The position numbers were made by a program, and so were the translations under genes. From contig CAVSPA010000007.1 in NCBI GenBank assembly GCA_963729715.1, positions 384,001 through 448,000 of the forward strand: a stretch of 64,000 bases of DNA, read 5' to 3'. This DNA comes from an uncultured delta proteobacterium (GTDB taxonomy: Bacteria; Desulfobacterota; Syntrophia; Syntrophales; UBA2185). This document shows positions 1 to 8,624 of the stretch, piece after piece; position 1 is the stretch's first letter, and the number at the start of each line of letters is the position of its first letter. Below the pieces are notes generated by a model, which was given only the letters and a program-made list of their open reading frames with translations, did no database searches and had not been told where the DNA came from.

Positions 1-397
1 CTTGGGTAAGTTGTGCTTCAAACGGGCGCGGGTCGATTTCCACGAGGAGAGCGCCTTTATCCACGACCTCTCCCTCCTTGAACAAAACCCTCATCAGCTG
101 TCCGTCGACACGGCTCTTCACAGTCACCGTATTGAGCGGCGTGACTGAGCCGAGGCCGGTGAGGTAAATATTGATGTCGCCCTTTGCCGCAATCGCCGTG
201 ACAACCGGAACAGCGCGCGCCGGAGGCGCAATCGCTTGTTTAAGTGCGATAGACGGCATCCGACCCGAGTAGGCAAGGTACGCGTAAACCACGGCGGCGA
301 GGAGACAGGCAAGCAGCAGCCAGAGCCCCCTGCGTCCGGAGAAGACATGGAGAATTTTTTTAAATGGGGCACTCTTTTCCGCTTCCGTATCAACCAT
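1..397 (-). CDS. mdtA: RND efflux periplasmic adaptor subunit, MdtA/MuxA family (5' part; runs off the window)
   Basis: Not in the ORF track. Manual translation from ATG at 397: MVDTEAEK...[17 protein letters not shown]...[70 protein letters not shown]. This gives a TM anchor plus lipoyl-like motifs typical of MdtA. GAGG RBS upstream. Confidence 0.85.
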   Translation of the reverse strand, partial: MVDTEAEKSAPFKKILHVFSGRRGLWLLLACLLAAVVYAYLAYSGRMPSIALKQAIAPPARAVPVVTAIAAKGDINIYLTGLGSVTPLNTVTVKSRVDGQLMRVLFKEGEVVDKGALLVEIDPRPFEAQLTQ

Positions 398-692
398 CGC
401 GTGATAACCTCTTGGAGTCTGTATTTTTCTATCAAGCCCTTGCAAGCGGACTGAAACAATCTAAAAGCGAGAATATGCCGTTTATCCGGCGGAAAGGGAA
501 CTAAGACAAGGACGGCACTCTAAGCGCCCTCCTTGTCCCCAACCTATGCATTTTTGTTACAACAAACAAAAAAATCAGAGAGTTCCGCAAATAGTTAACA
601 TCTTGAAGATATAATTATCAAGAAAAATTGTATGTTGTCTTGGCGATGATTATTGCCGTCGTTATCCGTCTGCATGCTACACCCGCTTTAAC

Positions 693-741
693 GTAGTGCA
701 GGACTTTAGTCTGCTTATACAGCAGACCTGAAGGTGCGTAC
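693..741. repeat. Degenerate GTAG-type REP doublet
   Basis: GTAG-TGCAGGAC-TTTA-GTCTGC followed by an inverted, decayed partner GCAGACC-TGAA-GGTGCGTAC. Confidence 0.5.
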
Positions 742-1021
742 TTCTTTGTCCCATGATCGCTGGAGAATATTTGTCAATGCGATAGTAGCCGCCCTGCAAC
801 GACAACTCCAAGGACATTAACTGTCCCTCTTATACGTTTATCTTCTTTTGAGCAAAGTACCGTCTGCTGAATTTAGCAAGAAATATACCGGGGGGGCGAT
901 GAGCGGCAAATATGCCAAATAAAAACAATTTTCTGTAATTGGCGGCGGGTTGATCCGGCAAAAGTGGATAAAAAGTATGCGGCCTCGGTATCCAGTAGAT
1001 TAAAAAGTATCCAGGCGATTG

Positions 1022-1090
1022 TTTAACCAATATCCTCCGGTAAAGCCGGAGGTTCTATGCTTACCGGCCCTCTCGAAGGGACCTGATCGC
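1022..1090. mobile_element. IS200/IS605-type palindromic end remnant
   Basis: TTAACCAATAT-CCTCCGG-TAAAG-CCGGAGG hairpin followed by a second small hairpin. Resembles subterminal hairpins of Y1-transposase elements; no transposase follows. Confidence 0.4.
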
Positions 1091-1134
1091 GAGCGACAAC
1101 CAAAAAACATCAGTGTCAAGGTTCTGGTAACACC

Positions 1135-1288
1135 TGTCATTCCCGCCTACGATGAGAAGATTGAAGCTCTCCGCAGCAAGCCGCGGGGAATGCGCTCACT
1201 ACCGAATTCGGGGCAGGCCTGAACTGGAATCCAGACTCTGTCCGGTTGTTAAAAGCTAAATACCCGATAAAGGCATCCGGGTATGACA
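1135..1288. repeat. TGTCAT...ATGACA palindromic (REP/MITE-like) element with a nested repeat
   Basis: Terminal inverted repeats TGTCATTCCCG / CGGGTATGACA (10/11 match) and an internal GGAATCCAG. It contains the 1161-1209 repeat. Confidence 0.5.
1161..1209. repeat. Dispersed palindromic repeat, copy 1
   Basis: TTGAAGCTCTCCGCAGCAAGCCGCGGGGAATGCGCTCACTACCGAATTC. Near-identical ends recur at 24158-24239. Confidence 0.75.
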
Positions 1289-1324
1289 AAAGCGTCTTGG
1301 TCGATTAGTGCTTGCATTAACAAA

Positions 1325-1333
1325 TGGTATAAT
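1325..1333 (+). promoter_or_regulatory. Extended -10 sigma70 promoter for livK
   Basis: TGGTATAAT (TGn-TATAAT) about 45 nt upstream of the livK start. Confidence 0.5.
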
Positions 1334-1376
1334 TTAAATAATCCAACTACATCTCAAGACGCGTGAGGGAAATTCC

Positions 1377-2510
1377 ATGAAAACACGTTTCACGAGGATT
1401 CTGCTTGTCTCAGTTATCGCAATCACGTGCCTGAATTTTATGATGCCCGTTGCAATCCCCGCCGCGGACACGATCAAGCTGGGGGTCGCCGTCCCACTCA
1501 GCGGCGATATCGCTTCCTACGGTATCCCCAGCGCCAGGGCAGCGGAGCTGGTGGCAAAGGACATCAATGAAAAAGGAGGCATCCTTGGCAGGAAAGTAGA
1601 GGTCCTCGCCGAGGACGACGTCTGTAAACCAGAGGTCGCTACCAACGCCGCAACGAAACTTGTTTCCAAAGGCGTTAATGTAGTCCTTGGGCATATCTGC
1701 AGCGGCGCCACCAAGGCAGCCCTCGGCATTTACAAAGAAGGTCATGTAATAGTGATGTCGCCGTCGGCTACAAATACTGAGCTGACATTAAGCGGCAAAT
1801 ATCCCAACTTTTACCGGACAATCGGTTACGATAAGAACCAGGCGAAGCTGGCCGTAGATTTTACCGTCAAGAATCTCAATCTGAAGAAGATAGCGATCCT
1901 GCATGACAAAGGCGACTACGGCAAGGGATTCGCGGAAGAAGCAAAAAAGAATATTGAGGATTCGACAAAAGCCCATGTCGTCCTCTTTGAAGGAATCACC
2001 CAGGGTGCTGTTGACTACTCCGCAGTGGTGCAAAAAATCAAGCAATCGGGTGCGGAAGCCGTTATCTACGGTGGCTATCACCCGGAGGCCGCCTCGATAG
2101 TGACGCAGATGCGCAAGAAAGGTTTGAAGACGCTCCTTATCTCCGATGACGGCGTCAAGGATAACACCTTTATCAAGGTGGCCGGGAAATATGCCGAAGG
2201 GGTCTATGCGACGAGCCATAAGGACACTTCGAAAAATCCCCTCGCGATCGCCGCCGTAGAGGCGCATAGAAAAGCATACGGCTCCGAGCCCGGCGCCTTT
2301 TTCCTGAACGGCTACGCAGGCGCGCAGGCGCTTCTTTATGCTATCAAGAATGCCGGCTCTACAGATTACGAGAAGATAAGAAAAGCCCTCCGCACATATT
2401 ATGTGGACACACCTCTCGGAAAAATTAAATTTGATAATAAAGGAGATGCCATAGGCGTTGGCTTTTCCGTATACCAGGTCAGGAACGGGGCATATGTGGA
2501 AGTAAAATAG
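1377..2510 (+). CDS. livK: Branched-chain amino acid ABC transporter substrate-binding protein
   Basis: Signal peptide; IKLGVAVPLSG, DDVCKPEVA, GHICSGAT, HDKGDYGKG, YGGYHPEA motifs; upstream of livHMGF. Confidence 0.92.
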   Translation: MKTRFTRILLVSVIAITCLNFMMPVAIPAADTIKLGVAVPLSGDIASYGIPSARAAELVAKDINEKGGILGRKVEVLAEDDVCKPEVATNAATKLVSKGVNVVLGHICSGATKAALGIYKEGHVIVMSPSATNTELTLSGKYPNFYRTIGYDKNQAKLAVDFTVKNLNLKKIAILHDKGDYGKGFAEEAKKNIEDSTKAHVVLFEGITQGAVDYSAVVQKIKQSGAEAVIYGGYHPEAASIVTQMRKKGLKTLLISDDGVKDNTFIKVAGKYAEGVYATSHKDTSKNPLAIAAVEAHRKAYGSEPGAFFLNGYAGAQALLYAIKNAGSTDYEKIRKALRTYYVDTPLGKIKFDNKGDAIGVGFSVYQVRNGAYVEVK

Positions 2511-2698
2511 ATTTTGTCTCTCCGCGGAGCCGCACGGTCATAAAGCATTTTACCGATATCGCACCAATAAGCCCCTCCCTAAATCCCTCCCGCCGGGAGA
2601 GCGAAGTGCAAGAAGCTTAAGCCCACAGTCTTGCCGAGGGCGGGAGAAATAAATTGAACTCTGAGATGCTTCGGCAGTGAAATAAAAGAGGGGAATGC

Positions 2699-3016
2699 AT
2701 GATAATAACAGCCGATAAAGGTACGAGAAAAACTTTTCTGGGCGTGGCTTTTGTGGTTCTGTCCCATGGGCCGGATACTATGATAACTAAAATGCTTTAC
2801 AAGAAGGAGGATAATGTCCCGTTTCATAAACATCCGAATGAACAAAGCGGATACGTGATATCAGGGAAATACAGAATCCGCTTTGGTGCTCACGATCAGA
2901 TTATAGCACCGGGAGATACATATTCGATTCCTAAGAACGTTGAACACAGGATAGAAATAATCGAACCCGGTCACGTTTTGGATTTCTTCTCTCCGCCAAG
3001 GGCAGATTATTTGTAA
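2699..3016 (+). CDS. Cupin domain protein
   Basis: Cupin metal motifs PFHKHPNEQSGYVISG and YSIPKNVEH. Confidence 0.85.
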   Translation: MIITADKGTRKTFLGVAFVVLSHGPDTMITKMLYKKEDNVPFHKHPNEQSGYVISGKYRIRFGAHDQIIAPGDTYSIPKNVEHRIEIIEPGHVLDFFSPPRADYL

Positions 3017-3072
3017 CTTCTGAAAGCCCGCTTAGTCGAGTCGGAAGACATTGTCATTCACGGCGTATTAAG

Positions 3073-3975
3073 ATGGATTATTTTCTTGAACTTCTTATCG
3101 GCGGGCTCACGCGCGGCAGCATCTATGCCCTCATTGCCCTCGGCTACACCATGGTCTACGGCATCATTGAGCTGATAAATTTTGCCCATGGTGAGATCTA
3201 TATGATCGGCGCCTTTACAGCCCTGATTGTTGCGAGCGTCCTCGCCATGTCGGGGATGAGCGGCATTTCCGTCCTGATCCTTGCCTCCGTTGTCGCTGTA
3301 ATCTACTCCGCTGCCTACGGCTTCACTGTAGAGAAAGTCGCCTACAAGCCTCTCCGCCAGGCGTCCCGTCTTTCGCCTCTGATGAGCGCCATCGGCATGT
3401 CCATCTTTCTTCAGAATTACGTCCTTCTCGCCCAGACCTCGGACTTCCTCCCCTTCCCTAATCTATTGCCCGATCTCCCCTTCATGGCGAATTACGTCGG
3501 CTTCATAGGCTCAACGGAATTTATCATTATTGTAACTACGGCAGTTGTCATGGTCCTCCTGACCATGCTCATCAAATTCACCAGAATGGGGAAAGCCATG
3601 CGGGCTACGGCACAGGACAGTAACATGGCCATGCTGGTGGGCGTTAACGTCAACCGCGTAATCTCCAACACATTCATTATCGGCTCGGCATTGGCCGCTG
3701 TAGGAGGGGTATTGATTGCGTCTCATGTCGGACGGATCAACTTCTACATCGGATTTCTTGCGGGGATTAAGGCCTTTACCGCCGCGGTTCTTGGAGGGAT
3801 AGGCAGCATCCCCGGCGCGGTTCTGGGCGCCTTGGTATTGGGTTGCACAGAAAGTTTCGCCACGGGTTATGTATCGAGCGATTACGAAGACGTGTTTGCT
3901 TTTGTCCTTCTTATCCTTATTTTGATAATCAAGCCCTCAGGGCTCTTAGGCCATAAACCAACGCAAAAGGTATGA
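3073..3975 (+). CDS. livH: Branched-chain amino acid ABC transporter permease
   Basis: GSIYALIALGYTMVYGIIELINFAHGE and KAFTAAVLGGIGSIPGA motifs. Confidence 0.95.
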   Translation: MDYFLELLIGGLTRGSIYALIALGYTMVYGIIELINFAHGEIYMIGAFTALIVASVLAMSGMSGISVLILASVVAVIYSAAYGFTVEKVAYKPLRQASRLSPLMSAIGMSIFLQNYVLLAQTSDFLPFPNLLPDLPFMANYVGFIGSTEFIIIVTTAVVMVLLTMLIKFTRMGKAMRATAQDSNMAMLVGVNVNRVISNTFIIGSALAAVGGVLIASHVGRINFYIGFLAGIKAFTAAVLGGIGSIPGAVLGALVLGCTESFATGYVSSDYEDVFAFVLLILILIIKPSGLLGHKPTQKV

Positions 3976-5195
3976 GCACATTGAATAACAAAAAATACAT
4001 GGAAGGCATGAAACAATCCGTCGTCGTTTCGTTGTGGTTCATGTTTCTCACCTTCCCCATCATGGTAATACGGGTCAATACCATTGAGAACATCATCGAA
4101 TGGCGCTGGACGAACATGATGTATGTCGGCGGCGGCAGTTTTATCCTTTCCTTTGTCTGGCGCTATCTGTCAGGAAAGGGCATATCCGGAAGGAAGGAGA
4201 GCATCGATGCACAGGGAGGACGCAAGTCTTACCTGCAGCGGCTCGTGAGCGAGAAGAGGCTGTCTCTTCCTGCGCTTGGCATTGTAGCGGTTATCGCTCT
4301 CTTCTTCCCCTTTGTCTCATCCATTTACCAGACTAATATAATGACCACCGCCCTCATGTATGTCGTCCTGGGCCTCGGCCTCAATATCGTTGTGGGTCAG
4401 GCGGGACTTTTGAATTTGGGCTATGTGGCCTTCTATGCGGCAGGCGCTTACACGTATGCGCTTCTCTATCACCATTTCGGAGTCGGTTTCTGGCTTGCCT
4501 TGCCCCTGGGCGCCCTTGCCGCTACTATTCTGGGCGTCCTCCTCGCTTTGCCCGTGCTGCGGCTTCAGGGCGATTATCTGGCTATCGTAACCTTAGGCTT
4601 CGGTGAAATCACCAGATTGGTCCTGGAAAACTGGAACGAGTTTTCCTATGGCCCCAGCGGCATCTCCGGGATACCGCGGCCCGGTCTCTTCGGCATGGAG
4701 ATGGACATGCACGAGGCTACAGTATATCTCTATTTTCTCATGATACTCCTTTGCATCATCACAATCTTTGTCGTAAACCGGCTGCAGGATTCGCGGATAG
4801 GAAGGGCGCTCCTCGCCCTTCGGGAGGACGAAATCGCTTGCCAGGCCATGGGTATCAATAAGACCATGGTCAAGCTGACTACCTTTGCCTTGGGTTCTAC
4901 ATGGGCTGGCCTTGTCGGTGTCATCTTTGCGGCCAAGACCACCTTCGTCAACCCGGCAAGCTTCACCTTTCTCGAATCGGCCATGATCCTCTCCATCGTC
5001 GTTCTGGGCGGAACGGGTTCTATCATCGGCATTATTATCGGCGCCCTCCTTCTCATATTGCTCCCGGAATACCTCCGTGCCTTCAGCGATTACCGGATGC
5101 TGCTCTTCGGAATCATCATGGTGATCATGATGATCTTCCGTCCTCAGGGGATTGTAACGGGCGTCCGCAAGACCTACGAATTTCACACGGAGTAA
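3972..5195 (+). CDS. livM: Branched-chain amino acid ABC transporter permease
   Basis: GLNIVVGQAGLLNLGYVAF, LRLQGDYLAIVTLGFGEI and ALREDEIA motifs; ATGA overlap with livH. Confidence 0.95.
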   Translation: MSTLNNKKYMEGMKQSVVVSLWFMFLTFPIMVIRVNTIENIIEWRWTNMMYVGGGSFILSFVWRYLSGKGISGRKESIDAQGGRKSYLQRLVSEKRLSLPALGIVAVIALFFPFVSSIYQTNIMTTALMYVVLGLGLNIVVGQAGLLNLGYVAFYAAGAYTYALLYHHFGVGFWLALPLGALAATILGVLLALPVLRLQGDYLAIVTLGFGEITRLVLENWNEFSYGPSGISGIPRPGLFGMEMDMHEATVYLYFLMILLCIITIFVVNRLQDSRIGRALLALREDEIACQAMGINKTMVKLTTFALGSTWAGLVGVIFAAKTTFVNPASFTFLESAMILSIVVLGGTGSIIGIIIGALLLILLPEYLRAFSDYRMLLFGIIMVIMMIFRPQGIVTGVRKTYEFHTE

Positions 5196-5258
5196 AAATA
5201 AAAAGTGCATTTAATTTTTATCGTCAGTCCCGTGCATGCGGTAAGCAAGAAATAAATT

Positions 5259-6047
5259 ATGAACCCTATTCTTGAAGCAAAAAAGCTCAGCATGAATTTC
5301 GGCGGCCTGAGGGCACTGCACCACGTTGACATCAACGTCCTGCCCGGACAGATTACCGCCCTTATCGGACCCAACGGTGCGGGCAAGACGACTTTCTTCA
5401 ATTGCATTACCGGCATTTACTCTCCCACGACGGGCGATATCTTCATTACCTCTCCGGGAGGCAGGCGGAAGAGGATCACCGGTTTCAATATTCACAGGGT
5501 GACGGAGAGCGGCGTTGCGAGGACGTTTCAAAATATACGGATATTTCCTGATATGACGGTTCTCGAAAATGTCATGATCGGCCGTCACTGCCGTACGGAT
5601 GCCGGTGTCCTCGGCGCCATCCTAAGGGACAAGGGCACGATGGCGGAGGAAAAAGCCATTGTTGCGAGAAGCTATGAAATCTTGAAAAAGATCGGCCTCA
5701 CGGAGCACGTGAATCTACTCGCGAGAAACCTCCCTTACGGCGCCCAACGCCGCCTGGAGATCGCAAGGGCTTTAGCAACCGATCCTTTTCTGCTCCTCCT
5801 CGACGAGCCCGCGGCCGGCATGAATCCCCAGGAAACAAGAGATTTGGAAACGCTGATTATCAGCATCCGCGACGAATGGGAGATTTCCGTTTTTCTCATT
5901 GAGCACGATATGAGACTGGTCATGGGACTTTCGGACTCCGTCTACGTCATGGACTATGGTGAGATGCTCGCCAGCGGGACGCCGCAGGAAATCAGACAGA
6001 ATCCGGAAGTGATAAAGGCATATTTGGGGGAAGACGTCAGTGCTTAG
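5259..6047 (+). CDS. livG: Branched-chain amino acid ABC transporter ATP-binding protein
   Basis: GPNGAGKTT, ARTFQNIR, LPYGAQRRLEIARALA, LLDEPAAG, C-terminal VIKAYLG. Confidence 0.95.
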   Translation: MNPILEAKKLSMNFGGLRALHHVDINVLPGQITALIGPNGAGKTTFFNCITGIYSPTTGDIFITSPGGRRKRITGFNIHRVTESGVARTFQNIRIFPDMTVLENVMIGRHCRTDAGVLGAILRDKGTMAEEKAIVARSYEILKKIGLTEHVNLLARNLPYGAQRRLEIARALATDPFLLLLDEPAAGMNPQETRDLETLIISIRDEWEISVFLIEHDMRLVMGLSDSVYVMDYGEMLASGTPQEIRQNPEVIKAYLGEDVSA

Positions 6048-6747
6048 ACTCCACAACATCCAGACTTTTTACGGCAACGTCCAGGTATTGAAAGACCTCT
6101 CCATAGAAGTCTCCGAGGGAGAGATCATCACCCTGATAGGCACGAACGGCGCCGGCAAGTCCACCACCCTCATGTCCATCTCCGGCATAGTGCCTCCGAG
6201 AACAGGTGAGATTCTGTTTGACGACAAACCTATCCACACTTTGAGTCCGGATGATATCGTCGCAAAGGGAATTTCTCTCGTGCCGGAAGGCCGCCGCATA
6301 TTCCCCCGCCTCACGGTCATGGAAAATCTGGACATGGGGGCCTTTCTCAGGAGAGATAAGAGAGAAATAGAAAAAGACATCAATCATATCTTCGAACGGT
6401 TTCCCATACTTGCGGAAAGACGCCATCAACAAGGCGGCACGCTGAGCGGCGGAGAACAGCAGATGCTGGCCATCTCGCGGGCGCTCATGGCAAGGCCGCG
6501 CCTGCTCCTTCTCGACGAGCCTTCCTTGGGTCTTGGTCCTATTTTCGTCAAACTGATTTTTGACATCATCAGAAAAATCAACACCGAAAGCAGAACAACA
6601 ATTTTCCTGGTGGAGCAGAACGCACACATGGCGCTAAAGGTCGCCCACCGCGGCTACGTCATGGAAAACGGCCGCATCACCCTCGAAGGCTCTGCCGACG
6701 CCCTTCTCCACAACGAGGACGTTAAGAGGGCGTATTTGGGAATTTGA
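6040..6747 (+). CDS. livF: Branched-chain amino acid ABC transporter ATP-binding protein
   Basis: GTNGAGKST, VPEGRRIF, LSGGEQQM, LLDEPSLGL, VEQN. Confidence 0.95.
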   Translation: MLRLHNIQTFYGNVQVLKDLSIEVSEGEIITLIGTNGAGKSTTLMSISGIVPPRTGEILFDDKPIHTLSPDDIVAKGISLVPEGRRIFPRLTVMENLDMGAFLRRDKREIEKDINHIFERFPILAERRHQQGGTLSGGEQQMLAISRALMARPRLLLLDEPSLGLGPIFVKLIFDIIRKINTESRTTIFLVEQNAHMALKVAHRGYVMENGRITLEGSADALLHNEDVKRAYLGI

Positions 6748-6818
6748 TGCGAGGGAAGCGCGAAAACGCTTTTAGAAAAATCTTGACTTGACGCCCCCGC
6801 GCATATATAAGCACACAT

Positions 6819-6975
6819 CGGTTTTAGCATACCGGAACACGGTGCAAATCCGTGGCGGACCCGCCGCTGTAATCGGCGAGGCTCTTCACAATAGCTGGTC
6901 ACTGCCGGGGTTCACCCCGTTGGGAAGACGGTGAAGAGCCCTTGACCCGAAAGCCAGAAGACCTGCGCAAACCGA
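6819..6975 (+). ncRNA. Cobalamin (B12) riboswitch aptamer upstream of the peptide/radical SAM pair
   Basis: P1 TCGGTTT/AAACCGA; GGAA; P4 CACGG-TGCAAAT-CCGTG; GCGGACCCGC-CGCTGTAA; GTCACTG...GGGAAG; B12 box AGCCAGAAGACCTG. Confidence 0.9.
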
Positions 6976-6996
6976 GATAACCGGAATCCGATGGTA

Positions 6997-7040
6997 AAGG
7001 GTTCCGACTGACGCCAGTCGTCCGTCGGAACCCTTTTTTT
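6997..7040 (+). terminator. Rho-independent terminator (riboswitch expression platform)
   Basis: AAGGGTTCCGAC (6997-7008) / GTCGGAACCCTT (7024-7035) perfect 12-bp stem ending in a T7 tract. Confidence 0.85.
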
Positions 7041-7073
7041 ATTGTCCAAAAATTACAGGAAAGGAGAATGTAC

Positions 7074-7181
7074 ATGAAGAAAAAGAAAGCAAAAAAAGAT
7101 GTTATCGCGTATCGGAAGGGCTGCAAAGCCAAAGGAACCGGGCTTTCCCACTACATTCTGATGGACAGGAAAGCGAAATAA
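7074..7181 (+). CDS. cbpA: Modified-peptide (RiPP) precursor, CbpA-like, 35 aa: MKKKKAKKDVIAYRKGCKAKGTGLSHYILMDRKAK
   Basis: Below the ORF-track cutoff. AAGGAG RBS 7 nt upstream; its TAA overlaps the rSAM ATG (TAATG). The IAYRKxC..GTGLSHYILM core matches my recollection of the TIGRFAM CbpA family (not verified by search). Confidence 0.8.
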   Translation: MKKKKAKKDVIAYRKGCKAKGTGLSHYILMDRKAK

Positions 7182-8602
7182 TGGCGGTCACGAAAAAGAA
7201 GGTAATCAAGGACGCGGCGGCCCCCTCGCGGGGCCGCTTCGTCAACACGGGTAACGGTCCCACATTTCAACCAATCGATATCGGCCACCGGCAATATTTG
7301 GCCGTCATCGAACCGGATACGGCTTTCTGGTCCCTCATGAAGCGCGAAAAAATCGCCGACGTCTTTTCCGCAGGCGAGCTCACAAGAGCCTTTGCCGGAA
7401 AATCCCGGCAGTTCGCGCGGGAGATAGATAAACTGCGGTTCGGGCTCACGCCCTCTGCGGTCTACTTCAATCCTACCGAACGGTGCAACATGAACTGCAC
7501 CTACTGTTACATACCTGAGAAGATGAGAAAGAAGGGCAAACACATGCCCGAAAAGAAACTTCTTGAGGCGCTGGAGCTCCTGAAACGGCACTTCGGCAAG
7601 ACCCTGTCTAAGGGTTCCATGCCTCAGATCATCTTCCACGGGGCGGAGCCCCTGCTCAATCGTGATGCTGTCTTCGCCGGCATCGAGAAATACGGGAAGG
7701 ATTTTCTCTTCGGCATCCAGACCAATGCAACACTCCTCGACGATGAGGCCGCCAAGTTCCTTACTAGCCGCAAGGTGAGCATCGGACTTTCGCTCGACGC
7801 TCCCACCGCACAGATTGCCGATCGCACCCGGAAGAACTGGGAAGGCCAGGGAACTTTCAAGCACGTGCTTGCAGCCATGAAGCGGCTTGGTGGCTACGAA
7901 GGCTGGAGCGTTATCTGCACCGTCACCGCCGCAAACAAGCGGCATCTTACCAGGCTGGTGGATTTTTTTCACGAGCGAGAGGTGCCCACATGCCTGATGA
8001 ACATCCTTCGTTGCACACTTCCGCCCTCACGCAGCCTGAAGCCGGACGATGCAGCAGCGGCCAGGCATTTCCTCGCCGCTTTAGACCGCACCTACGAACT
8101 CTATAGAAAGACCGGCCGCAGACTGACGGTGGGAAATTTTGCCAATATCATCCTTGCCATCATCGCGCCCGCGGCGCGCAGGCTCATGTGCGACATCTCT
8201 CCCTGCGGCGGCGGCAGATGTTTTTTTGCATTGGCACCCAACGGCGATATGTTTCCGTGTAGTGAATTCATCGGTCTCGACCGCTTCCGCGCGGGAAACC
8301 TTTTTGAAGATGATATTTCGCGGCTGATGGACTCCGAACAGTTCCGTCTGGTGACAGGCCGCAAGGTTGAGGACATCGAGCCATGCCGGCGCTGCGCCAT
8401 CCGGCACTTCTGCGGATCTCCATGCCCGGCCGAGGCCTACGAGATGAACGGCGGCATGGACAAGACTGGCGCCTTCTGTGAGTTCTACGAAGAGCAGGTG
8501 CGCTACGCTTTCCGCGTTATCGCCGATGGAAAGGTGGACGCCTACCTCTGGGACAACTGGGACAAGGGGATGAAAGAAACCTTCAATATAGGAAGCTCTT
8601 GA
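7181..8602 (+). CDS. cbpB: Peptide-modifying radical SAM/SPASM enzyme, CbpB-like
   Basis: CxxxCxxC motif (CNMNCTYC), FHGAEPLL, SPASM cysteines CGGG..C...PC...CRRC..RHFCGSPC...C; translationally coupled to the peptide ORF. Confidence 0.85.
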   Translation: MAVTKKKVIKDAAAPSRGRFVNTGNGPTFQPIDIGHRQYLAVIEPDTAFWSLMKREKIADVFSAGELTRAFAGKSRQFAREIDKLRFGLTPSAVYFNPTERCNMNCTYCYIPEKMRKKGKHMPEKKLLEALELLKRHFGKTLSKGSMPQIIFHGAEPLLNRDAVFAGIEKYGKDFLFGIQTNATLLDDEAAKFLTSRKVSIGLSLDAPTAQIADRTRKNWEGQGTFKHVLAAMKRLGGYEGWSVICTVTAANKRHLTRLVDFFHEREVPTCLMNILRCTLPPSRSLKPDDAAAARHFLAALDRTYELYRKTGRRLTVGNFANIILAIIAPAARRLMCDISPCGGGRCFFALAPNGDMFPCSEFIGLDRFRAGNLFEDDISRLMDSEQFRLVTGRKVEDIEPCRRCAIRHFCGSPCPAEAYEMNGGMDKTGAFCEFYEEQVRYAFRVIADGKVDAYLWDNWDKGMKETFNIGSS

Positions 8603-8624
8603 GGATTTGTAGTCAGAGAAACGT

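Noticed and set aside
124..459. ORF-track calls 124..459 (-) and 236..454 (+)
   Set aside because: Shadow frames; the real gene is the MdtA-like frame starting at 397 on the minus strand.
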